DNA of 64,000 nucleotides from the human T2T-CHM13v2.0 reference genome, Homo sapiens, in assembly GCF_009914755.1 (NCBI RefSeq), contig NC_060928.1, one strand, 5' to 3'. The translations under genes and the position numbers were made by a program. The notes below the pieces were generated by a model. The model worked only from the letters and a program-made list of their open reading frames with translations. It was not told where the DNA came from and did not search any database. Below are positions 33,548 through 46,130 of this stretch, piece by piece (the first letter of the stretch is position 1; every line of letters starts with the position of its first letter).

Positions 33548-35824
33548 TGATATGGTTTGGCTGTGTCCCCACTCAAATCTCAACTTGAATTCTCCCAGAA
33601 TTCCAATGTGTTGTGGGAGGGACTGAGAAGGAGGTAACGGAATCATGGGGGCTGGTCTTTCCTATGCTATTATCATGATAGTCTATAAGTCTCAAGAGAT
33701 CTGATGGGTTTATTGGGGGTCTCCACTTTTCCTTCCTCCTCATTTTTTCTCTTGCCACTGCCATGTAAGAAGTGCCTTTCACCTCCCACCATGATTCTGA
33801 GGCCTCCCCACTCATGTGGAACTGTAAGTCCAATTAAACCTCTTTTTCTTCCCAGTTTCATGTATGTTTTTATCAGCAGCATGAAAACAGACTAATACAG
33901 TAAATTGGTACCAGTAGAGTGGGGCACTGCTGAAACGATACCCAAAAATGTGGAAGAAACTTTGGAACTGGGTAACAGGCAGAGGCTGGAACAGTTTGGA
34001 GGGCTCAGAAGAAGCCAGGAAAATGTGGGAAAGTTTGGACTTCCTAGAGACTTGTTGAATGGCTTTGACAAAAAATCGATAATGATATGGACAATGAAAT
34101 CCAGGCTGAAGTTGTCTCAGATGGAGATGAGGAACTTGTTGGGAACTGGAGCAAAGGCGACTCTTGTTATGTTTTAGCAAAGAGACTGGCAGCATTTTGC
34201 TCCTGCCTTAGAGATTTGTGGAACTTTGAACTTGAGAGAGATGATTTAGAGCATCTGGCAGAAGAAATTTCTAAGCAGCAAAGCATTCAAAAGTTGACTT
34301 GGGTGCTGTTAAAAGCATTCTGTTTTAAAAGGGAAAAAAAGAACATGAGGGTTTCAAAAATTTGCAGCCTATGATGCAGTAGAAAAGAAAAGCCCATTTT
34401 TTGAGGAGAAATTCAAGCCAGCTGCAGAAATTTGCATAACTAGCAAGGATCCTAATGTTAATCCCCAAGACCATGGGGAAAATGTCTCCAGGCCATTTCA
34501 GGGACCTTCATGGCAGCCCCTCCCATCACAGGCCTGGAGGCCTAGGAGGAAAAAGTGGTTTTGTGGGCCAGGCCCAGGGTCCCCATGCTACGTTCAGCCT
34601 AGGGACTTGGTGCTCTGTGTCCCATCTGCTCCAGCCTTGGCTGAAAAGGGCCAACACAGAGCTCGAGCTGTGGCTTCAGAGGGTGGAAGCTTCAAGCCTT
34701 GGCAGCTTCCACTTGGTGTTGAGCCTGCGGGTGCACAGAAGTCAAGAATTGAGGTTTGGGAACCTCCACTTAGATTTCAGAAGATGTATGGAAATACTTG
34801 GATGTCCAGGCAAAAGTTTGCTGCAGGGCGGGGCCCTCATGGAGAACCTCTTCTAGGGCAGTGTGGAAGGGAAATGTGGGGTCAGAGCCCCCACACAGAG
34901 TCCCTACTGGGGCACTGCCTAGTGGAGCTGAGAGAAGAGGGTCACTGTCCTCCAGACCCCAGAATGGTAGATCCACCAACAGCTTGTACTGTGCACCTGG
35001 AAAAGCTGCAGACATTCAATGCAAGCCTGTGAAAGCAGCCAGGAGGGAGGCTCTACCCTGCAAAGCCACAGGGGTACAGCTGCTCAAGACCATGGGAACC
35101 CATCTCTTGTGGGTGACCTGGATGTGAGACCTGGAATCAAAGGAGATCATTTAGGATCTTTAAAATTTGACTGCCCTGCTGGGTTTCAGACTTATATGGG
35201 GCCTGCTACCCCTTTGGTTTGGCCAATTTCTCCCATTTGGCATGACTGTATGTACACAATACCTGTACTCCCATTGTATCTAGGAAGTAACTAGCTTGCT
35301 TTTGATTTTACAGGCTCATAGGAGGAAGGGATTTGCCTTGTTTCAAATGAGACTTTGTACTGTGCACTTTGGGTTAATGCTGAAATGAGTTAAGACTTTG
35401 GGGGACTGTTGGGAAGGCATGATTGGTTTTGAAATGTGAGCACATGAGATTTGGAGGGGCCAGGGGCGGAATGATATGGTTTGGCTATGTTCCCACCCAA
35501 ATCTCAACTTGAATTGTATCTCCCAGAATTCCCACAGGTTATGGGAGGATCCAGGGGGAGGTAATTGAATCATGGGGGCCAGTCTTTCCCGTGCTATTCT
35601 CATGATAGTGAATAAGTGTCACAAGATCTGATGGGTTTATCAGGGGTTTCCACTTTTGCTTTTTCCTCATCTTCCTCTTGCTGCTGCCATGTAAGAAGTG
35701 CCTTTCACCTCCCGCCATGATTCTGAGGCCTCCCCAGCCATGTGGAAATGTAAGTCAAATTAAACCTCCTTTTCTTCCCAATTTCAGTATATCTTTATCA
35801 GCAGCATGAAAACGGACTAATACA
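33548..35824 (+). mobile_element. Full-length THE1A-like MaLR provirus (LTR 33548-33899, internal region, LTR 35472-35824)
   Basis: Two similar LTRs, purine tract before the 3' LTR, perfect 5-bp TSD GGCCA at 33543-33547 and 35825-35829. Confidence 0.93.
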
Positions 35825-36229
35825 GGCCATGTATTTTATTTGTATGTAGTTCTTATCTCCCCTAGTAAAATTTCAGCTTCCAGATAGCCGGAGTTATTTC
35901 TCAACAGAGTGAAGTCAGAAGGTGTGTTTCCCAGACAATCTCCAGGGTTTCTCCAAGAAGCTTTCAAGAAAGCCCTGTGGCTACCCTGTGGGTTGGCCAC
36001 ACTGGTCCCTGCTGCTAAGTGGTAAGACTTCCCTTCCCAGCCGATGCCAACCATCACATATGTGGTCACCTTTGGAGACATTGGATACCTCTCAACACAG
36101 TTCAGCTGAGAGGAAACTGAAGGAATGAGACATAGGACAGATAAGTTTCAATGGAAGAAGATGAAGATAAGGAAAAGAAAAGGCCATAGCCTCCCATGGG
36201 TGACTGGGATGAGAAATAAAATATGAAAG

Positions 36230-36942
36230 TGAAATTGCCTTTGTAAAAATTATAACAGAAAAACATGACAGTAAAAGAGATCTGACCTAACCAAGTCCAT
36301 CTTGGCCTTAACCTCCAAACTGTCCTTGGTCATTCCTGGGCATGGGCCAAGCTAATTTTTGGAGAAATTTAGCTTATAGTGTAACCTTAAAGCAAGGATA
36401 ATAATAGCCCTTCCCAAAACTAAACTAAAGTCTGCAAAGTTAGGATTACAAGAGGGGCTTGAATTCTGCTAAGATGTATGCATAGTTAAATGATAACCTG
36501 CCATTGTTCCAGAGGTTACAAGATTTGTAACTTCCCCAATTACTCCTGTAAATGACATCAGTATTGTAGAACATAAGATTTGCTTTTTGAGTTGTCTTTT
36601 CTGACTTTTCCATTTCTCACAACCTGATGAGTCCACTCATGACTCAACTAGTCCTGTGGCTCCTCCCCAAAAGCGGACTCAGGGCAGAAGGACTATTTCC
36701 ACACCCTATGAGTGCATCCCCAACCAATCAGCAGCACCCATTCCCTAGCCCCCACCACCAAACTATCTTTAAAAAATCCTAGCCTCCAAATTTTCAAGGA
36801 GGCTGATTTGAGTAATAATAAATCTCCAGCCTTCTGGTTAGCTGGCTCTACGTGTATTAAACTCTTTCTCTGTTGCAATTTCTGTCCCAATAAATTGGCT
36901 CTGTCTGGGCAGCCAGCAAGATGAACCCATTGGATGGTTACA
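36230..36942 (+). mobile_element. ERV1 solo LTR (LTR8-like)
   Basis: tgaaattgcctttgtaaaaattata...cccattggatggttaca; AATAAA near the end. Confidence 0.78.
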
Positions 36943-38589
36943 AAAAGACCTCAGAAACCAGTCCAGAATTTATAATTTTGTCCAAGATAGGCCCTGTTTC
37001 TGTGGAAAGGGGATTGTGTGAGCCCATTGACTTTCTTTTTTGTGAGTTGTCTGATGAAACCTTTATTCAATCTCTACTCAACTAAGCAGGGAGGCCGCAA
37101 TGGCAGTATTTGGCTCCAGGTTTTTTCATGTGGGCTGGAGCCCCAGGGCCCAGGTGGGTGGCCCACCGCTGGGAGGCACCATACCCATGGAGAAGAAGGA
37201 CAATGACAACAAGCTCTTTGCTCCAGTGGCCATTCTGTTCACCACTCCCCTCTTGCTTCCACTGCTCAGGACTCAAATGTTCTCCACAGTTCCTTGCAGC
37301 TCTAAATCTTTTCAAAGTCCTTAACAGTCTTATTGTCAGCCTTTCTAGTCCTCTAGCATTTCCTATATACAGAGAGGACAATATGTCATCTTAGCCTCAC
37401 AGCTGGGCCTAGATAATATGTTTGGGTGCCCAGCCTTCTGTTACCCACTGGGAATGAAAAGTGCAGCAATTGGCAGGAGGAGGTAGCCTTTCCCTCTCCA
37501 CCTCCTGAGTAAGTGACTCTAAGGTGTCCTGATCTCAAAATGTGATGAAAACCAGCTAAGGAGGCTCTGCAGGGATGTCTCATCACAGGGTGAGCTTATA
37601 TACATCTGGTTTTACACCTTTAACCATGGAAGGCCAACATCCTTATTCAAACCACATCTGAGCTTCTGCTTGATCCTTAACCTGAGTTCAGTTCTGAAGG
37701 TGCATGCAGACTTGGAGAGTAATTAATTGTACTGTATAAGACGGACATACATGCCCCCTGGGAGATCTGCTTAAATTCCAGAGCTGGATGCTAAGTGAAC
37801 CCATCTAGTGAGAGCAGGGTCAAGGCCTCATTCGTCTCTGGACCCCAGTGACCAGCCCTGTGTCTGCCACCTTGTAGCCACTCTGGCAGTGTTTACTGTA
37901 CTGAAATGAAACTGCATTTAGTCCGTATTTGTGGAATTTGGATCAATTTATCAGACTTTTTAATATCCCCAAGTAAGTCTCAGGCTCTAAAATAAATAAA
38001 TAAATAAACTAGCTTCATTAAATGACCCAGAGATCATAATTCTTTGGCTTTGCTTTTCTTACTGCTCTCCACATCCCCCAAGCATTAAGGAGTGCAGAGC
38101 ACAAAAGAGGAGAGATTGAAGGGAAAGTCCCTTCTGATTGTCAGGCTAGAGACTCATGTGCTTTTATGGAATAAGTATTTTGTACCAGGACTGGACAACA
38201 TAGTAGCTTCCTTATGAGAGAAGATGAAAGGAATGATGATGTTGGCCAGAGCAGGAAAAAAATACCAAAGGTTCGCTCTTCCTTCTGGCTAGCTGTTCAG
38301 CTCCTTAAAGCAAAACAATCCTTCTCTCTGGCATATGTGTTAAATCTGGCCCTACTGTGGCTTTTTCCCCCAACAGTTCAAAGCAAGTTCCCTAATTATT
38401 ATCCTTATTTAGGCTCAGCTAACCCTATAAACAGGACCTCTTAGGTTGCTGCTATTGTTTTGAAACTTCCTTGGCTTTGGAGATGGTCTACGACTTATTT
38501 ACTAATTGCAGAATCTAAAACTATTGGTGGGGTTTTCACTCACAATTCTCACTTGTTGGTACAAATGGAGCAACTTATATCAAAAGATA

Positions 38590-39056
38590 AAATTATGACA
38601 CATTTAGTTTAAAAATCTAAGTGAATTTTATTAGCTATTCTATAACTGGGCAACACTTCAATCTATAGAATAGAATGAGTGTTCTCCTGGGTGTGGCAGA
38701 ATAGATTTTGTAAGTGGGAACAAGGAAACAATAATTTTTAAAAAATTTTTTCAGAATGCATCATTGGAACAGAGGAAACAATAATTTTAAAAAGTAGATT
38801 GGTTAACACAAGCTTACTACAGGTCACTTCTTATAAGGGTTAAAGCAGAGGGGACTTCCTTATTATGCTGACTCAGGCAAACTTGGCTTTTTCTGGTTGC
38901 TGTGAATCTCTTGCTTTCAGGAGAACGCTAGTCCATTTGGGGATTTACCTGCTTCAGCTAACATAAATGACTCCATTTTGGTTTGGTCTGGTCTGCTGGA
39001 GCCTAGTGCAGGAGACTAGTCCAAAACAATGCCTTCCTATAAACTTTGTTTAACAC
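38590..39056 (-). mobile_element. Old ERV1 LTR (MER67-like)
   Basis: Ends ...ctagtccaaaacaatgcc...aaactttgtttaaca; family assigned from recall only. Confidence 0.45.
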
Positions 39057-39343
39057 TTGATTGAAAAGGAATTGAATTCTCTAAACCTCCAAAAGATTCC
39101 AAATGGTTGCTGTTTGACCTTGTGGTGTACAACATGGATGGGTCTTGAAAATATTATACTATGTGAAAAAATCCTGACATGAGACAATGTATCATATGGT
39201 TCTACGTATATAAGATACCCAGAATAGGGAACTTCACAAAGACAGAAAATAGATAAGTGGTTGGGGGTTCAGGGGAGGAGAGAATGGAAACTGGCTGCTA
39301 ATAGGTACAGGGTTTCTCTTTGGAGATGTCTTAGTTTGGGCTG

Positions 39344-39717
39344 TGTATTAGTCCATTCTCACACTGCTATAAAGAACTGCCCAGCAGTAATTATAATTTA
39401 TTAGGAAATAAGTTCAATTAACTCACAGTTCCACAGGGTTGGAGAGGCCTTAGGAAACTCACAATCACGGCGGAAGGGGAAGCAAACACGTCCTTCTTCA
39501 CGTGGTGGAAGGAAGGAGCAATGCTGAGCAAAGGGGGAGAAGCCTGTTATAAAACAATCATATCTCATGAGAACTCATTCATTATCATGAGAACAGCATA
39601 GGGGTAACTGCCCCCATGATTCAATTACCTCCTACCCAGTCATTCCCCTGACACATGGGAATTATGGGAACTGCGGTTCAAGATGAGATTTGGGTGGGAC
39701 ACAACCAAACCATATTG
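39344..39717 (-). mobile_element. THE1/MST solo LTR
   Basis: tgtattagtccattctc...aaaccatattg; TSD GGCTG. Confidence 0.85.
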
Positions 39718-39722
39718 GGCTG

Positions 39723-40158
39723 TGATATGGTTTGGATGTTGTGCCCAAATCTCATGTTGAATTGTAGTCCCCAGTGTTGGAGGTGGGGTCTGGTGGGAGG
39801 TGTTTGGATCATAAGGGTGGATCCCTCATGAATGGCTTGGGGCCATCCCCTTGGTGATAAGTGAGCTCTCTCTCTGAGTTCACATGAGATCTAGTCATTT
39901 AAAAATGTGTGCCACCTGCCCCCTCAACTCTCTCTTACTTGCTCCTGCTTTCGCCATGTGATGTGCCTGTTCCCCCGTTGCCTTCTGTCATAATTGTAAG
40001 CTTCCTGGGGCCTTTCTGGAAGCCAGGCAGATGCCAGCACCATGCTTCCTGTAGAAGCTTTCTTCCTTGCAGAACCATGAGCCAATTAAACCTCTTTTCT
40101 TTAAAAATTACCCAGGCTCAGGTACTTCTTTATAGCAATGCAAGAATGGCCTAATATA
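39723..40158 (+). mobile_element. MST solo LTR
   Basis: tgatatggtttggatg...ggcctaatata. Confidence 0.85.
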
Positions 40159-40721
40159 GGTCTGCTATAACAAATTAACATATACTGGGTGCCTTAAACA
40201 ACAAACATTTATTTCTCACAGTTCTAGAGGCTGGGAAGTCCAAGATCAAGGAGCTGGTGGATCTTGTGTCTGGTGAAAGCCCACTTGCTGGTTTGCAGAT
40301 GCTGTCTTCTCATTGTATCCTCATATACTAGAGAGCAGAGGGCTCTTGTGTCTCTTCCTTGTAAGAGCACTAATCTCATTCATGAGGCCTCCACCCTCAT
40401 GACTTAGTCACCTCCCAAAGGCACCTCCTGATACTATCACATTGGGGGTTAGGATTTCAACATATGAATTTTGGAGGGACACAAATATTTAGTCTATAGC
40501 AGGAGTGATGGGAATGTTCTGGAATTATATAGAAGTAATGGTTATATGACATGAAAAATGGACAAAAAATCAGCAAATCAAATTTTAAAATGGTGGATTT
40601 TGTTATGTGGATTATATCTCAACTTAAAACATTTAAAATTACTATTACCAGTACAACACATATTTATTGAATGTTTAGTAGCCTGTGAGGTGCTCTGCTG
40701 GGTCCAGGTTCTAGAATCTAG

Positions 40722-40900
40722 AGTAGTGGTTCTCAACTTTGGCTGCATATTAAAATCACGTGGGAGCTTTTAAGAATCCTGATGCCCAGGCCACACCCCA
40801 GACCAATTAAATCAGAATCTCTGGGGTGGGATCCAGGCCACAGTGGTTTTTAAAGCTCCCTAGGTAATTCCAGGATGCAGCCAAGGTTAAGCGCCACCAG
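40722..40900. mobile_element. MER5A-like hAT MITE
   Basis: gtggttctcaactttggctgcatatt...aatcagaatctctggggtggg. Confidence 0.8.
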
Positions 40901-41605
40901 CCTAGAGCATCATGCCTTCTTAACAGGTTGGGGTCACTTGAGAAGTGACTGCTCTTTCTCCCTGTCTACTTTTATCCAAGAACAGCAATCCGCAAAGACA
41001 ACTGCATGCCCTCAAGAACAGACTCCCCTTCCAAGTCGAAATGGCTCCTTAATTTCTCCTGTTTAACTGATACTTTCATTTTTGTGGGTGACTCAGAAAT
41101 GTTCAGTAGTTTAGCTTTACAGTTTTTTTTCTCCTTTTGGATTAGGTTGATTCAACTGTGGGCAGAGATTCATTCATTCCACTTTGGAACAAAAGTCAGA
41201 TTCTGTCCAAATATGTTGGCACCTCTGCTCTGAAAAACCTGAATTTTATCATTTGTAAATTTCTGAGTGAAAAATTAAGATACAACATACATGTGAGGGC
41301 TTTTACACACGTCTGTGCTCTCTCTTCTGCATTGATCATCCAACTTTAGCAGTTCATTTAACTGTCTTTAATTTTGGCCTCCCAGCTTTGGTGTTCTAAA
41401 TCCTCCATTGTTAGCAGCTCACCAAGTTGCTTTGCTGTCACATTGACTCTGTTTGATAAATCTATCTGGGATTTTGTCCAAAACCACAGCAGTCCGAATT
41501 AAATCTACCAACCAAAGTAAAACATGTTTTCATTCATCCCCAGAAGCTGGAGCCAATTTGTGAAGAAGATGGAAATGGGCAAAGAAATAGAAATGGGAGA
41601 TTTTA

Positions 41606-41935
<330 letters not shown>

Positions 41936-42269
41936 CAACAGCTACTTCAGGTTATAGAAGGGCCAAGCATGCAGGGTTTTAGCTAGTTAGTGACCCACCC
42001 TTGGCTCCCTTGGTTGGAGGCAAAGGGGGTGAATACAAAGGATCAGTTTTGGTGCTGCTCATGGCGACTGCAAGGAGAGGAAACTCTAGAAGAAAGACAG
42101 AGAAAAGACTGGTGGCCACAAGAAATGTCTGGCAAGTACGTAAGAACACAAAAAACTATAGAGGCCTGTGGAGTGGAAGAAATTCAGACAAGAAAGGGTG
42201 GGGAAGTAACAAGCATGTGCTTTTAGATCTGTCTTTTGATAGCAATGGAATCTAGCCATCTATCTGGAA

Positions 42270-42890
42270 TGACAGTACAATGCACAAATCTTAAGAGTAC
42301 AGCTCAATGAATTTTTACACAAATACACCTCTGAGGCCACCAGCCAAATCAAGATTTATCAATAGAATATTTCCATCTTCCCAGAAAATTCTCTCATACC
42401 CTGTCCAGTTCAAAAGCCCCCTCCCCTCACCTATAAGTAGCTCTTATTCTTATTTATCACCACGGGTTAGCTTTGCCTGTTCTTGAAGTTCATATGAATG
42501 GAATAATACAGCATATACTCATTTGCAGATGGCTCTTCTTGCATAACATGTTTTTGAGATCCATCTATATTGTTAAATGTATCAATTATTTTCTAAATTA
42601 TTGCCATATAGTATTGTATAAATATGTCATAACATTTATCCATTCTCCTGTTACTGGACAAACCCAGAAGGGTTGTTCTGAGTTTGCAGCAATTATGAAT
42701 GAACTGCTATGAATATTGGTGTCCATGCCTTCTTGTGGATGTACACATTCAACTTTTCTTGGGTATATAGCTAGGCGTGGAATTGCCCAGTCATGGAATG
42801 GGTACATATTTAACTTTAGTAGATATTGTCGAACACCGTTTTCCCAAAGAAATTGTATCATTTTACACTTTCACCAACAATGAAAATTCT
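42270..42890 (-). mobile_element. Old L1M 3' fragment
   Basis: atgcacaaatcttaagagtacagctcaatgaatt...gtatcattttacactttcaccaacaat. Confidence 0.78.
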
Positions 42891-43354
42891 AGTGGTCATT
42901 TGTGAGATGAAAAGAAAGTCAGCAGCTACGTTAACCTTGGCCAAGTCCTGGCAGCACGAAATTTGCAAGGACCTGTGAGATATGGAGCCAGTAATGCTTT
43001 GCAGCTGACAGATGAAAGACAAACAATAAAAACAGAGGTGAGAGGGGAAGCCTGTAACTGTCTTACCCCCACCAGTGCCAGCAGGAAGGAAATCCTAAGC
43101 TATTTTTAGGCAGTTTCCTAGCATGGACATTAGCTAGTTAAAAGGGAAGGGGATGGAATGGGAGATGCTAAAATTGTTTTCAATTAACTTACTGAAAAAC
43201 AAACATAGGCAAGGTAGGCAGCAATGCTTCTCATATTTCATTGGGCATCAGAATGTTTGGGGAGCTGGTTAAAAATATAGATTCCCAAGCCCTACCTGCA
43301 GAGGTTCTAATTTAATAATCCTAGTGGTAGGAAAAAAATTTGATTTGTATTTTT

Positions 43355-43662
43355 AACTTTTTTTGTTTGTTTGTTTTGAGACAGGGTCTCACTCTGTCAC
43401 CCAGGCTGGAGTGCAGTGGCATGATCCATAGCTCACTGTAACCTCGAACTCCTGAGCTCAAGCAATCCTCCCACCTCAGCCTCCTAAGTAGCTGGGACTA
43501 CAGGTGCATGCCACCATGCTTGGCTAATTAAAAATTTTTTTTTGTAGAGACAGGGTCTCGCCATGTCGCCCAGGCTGATCTTAAGCTCTTGGCCTCAAGA
43601 AATCCTCCCACCTGGGTCCCCCAAAGTGCTGGGATGACAGATGTGAGGCACTGCATCTGGAC
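43355..43662 (-). mobile_element. AluJ
   Basis: Full antisense dimer; no obvious TSD. Confidence 0.88.
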
Positions 43663-43788
43663 TACCCGACTCATCTTTAGATGGCTCTGGAAGTCCTGGA
43701 AGAGGGCGTGGCCGCCAAACTGGTTTTGCGTCTTGGAGAGACACTGGGCACCCTAGTGCTTCTTCTCCACCAATTTGTGGAAGAAGTA

Positions 43789-44085
43789 GGCCAGGTGCTG
43801 TGGCTTATGACTACAACCCCAGCACTTTGGGAGGGTGAAGCAGTAAGATCACTTGAGCCCAGGGGTTCGAGACCAGCCTGGGCAAGACTCACTCTCTACA
43901 AAAATAAAACAAAAAGTTATCTGGGTGTGGTGGTGCACACCGGTTGTCTGAGGTACTCGAGAGGCTGAGTCGGGAGGATCACTTAAGCCCAGGAGGTCAA
44001 AGCTAAAGTGAGCATGATTGTCCCACTGCCACTGCACTCCAGCCTGGGTGACTGAGGGACACCCTTCCCTCCAACCAAAAAAAAA
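43789..44085 (+). mobile_element. AluJ inserted in the FTL pseudogene CDS
   Basis: FTL sequence is continuous across it (ggaagaagt | ggcccacgcc). Confidence 0.85.
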
Positions 44086-44275
44086 AGTGGCCCACGCCTT
44101 CCAGAGCCACATCATCATGGTTGAAATAGAAGCCCAGAGAGAAGTAATTGTAGGAAGCCCACAGATGGAGTTGATGGCTGCCTCCACATATGTCGAATAA
44201 TTCTGCTAAATCTGGGAACTCATGGTTGGTCGGTCAGCAATAGGGAGCTAACCACAAAAATGGTGTGGCTGGTCC

Positions 44276-44600
44276 TAACACAGTCAGGTGGGAAGGGTTA
44301 CCAGAAAAACTCCAACTAGCCTGTGCGCTAGGGTGGAGCCTTGAGAAGTTCACGCAGTTTGCAGCACGGAAGAGCCTGTCCCCTCCTCTTCCTGTGTGGA
44401 ACCTGGGATTCAAACTGCGAGGCGGGAAGAGCACCAAGAGGAACTGCGGCCTTTCGGAGAGTCCCTGTTCCCCTCTTTTTTCCTTTTCACCCAGTAAAGC
44501 TCTGCTTTACTCACCCTTCAAACCGTCTTCAAGCCTAAACTCTCGTGGCTGTGGGACAATGACTCCATCTTTAGCTGAACTAAGGAAAAGTCCTGCAACA
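44276..44600 (+). mobile_element. ERV1 solo LTR (MER61-like) inserted in the FTL pseudogene 5'UTR
   Basis: Ends ...gctgaactaaggaaaagtcctgcaaca; 4-bp TSD gtcc/gccc. Confidence 0.72.
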
Positions 44601-44831
44601 GCCCCAGAAGCAGGAGATGGTGGAGAAGGTGATTCTGGAGGTTGCAGGTGGAGAGGAGATGGGAGGGCAGTCAGAGGCTAGAAGAAAGGGAGTCCCAGGT
44701 CCGTTTTATCCAAACATCGTTGAAGCAAGAGACAGATCCACAGACCAACAAACGCGCTAACAAGTGTCCTCTTAAGCACACGAAAATTGGGGGAAAATTT
44801 CCACCATCCGCTTTGTCCCCTGGAGTTCTTA

Positions 44832-45170
<339 letters not shown>

Positions 45171-45264
45171 TGAGATGCAGCGTTTTTCCTACCTTCCTTT
45201 TTGCCAAAAAGGACAATCACAATAGATAATTCTCAGCCCTTCTTTTTAAGGGATTTATGGTCAA

Positions 45265-46130
<866 letters not shown>

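Larger units (their letters stand above)
39327..40501 (-). mobile_element. MLT1/MST-type LTR split by two younger MaLR LTRs, within an L1M remnant
   Basis: tgtcttagtttgggctg at 39327 resumes as ...ctgctataacaaa at ~40160. Confidence 0.7.
43663..44750 (-). pseudogene. Ferritin light chain (FTL) processed pseudogene, 5' half only, interrupted by an Alu and an LTR
   Basis: Minus strand reads ATG(44223) AGT TCC CAG ATT TAG CAG AAT TAT...GTG GAG GCA GCC ATC AAC...GATGATGTGGCTCTGGAAGGCGTGGGCCACTTCTTC...CTCTTCCAGGAC...GATGAGTCGGGT, matching FTL MSSQIRQNY...[11 protein letters not shown]...ALFQD...DEWG. FTL 5'UTR with IRE remnant at ~44601-44750. Confidence 0.88.

Noticed and set aside
33905-35294. 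Cluster of ORFs inside the THE1 element
   Set aside because: Fragments of the decayed MaLR internal ORF in several frames
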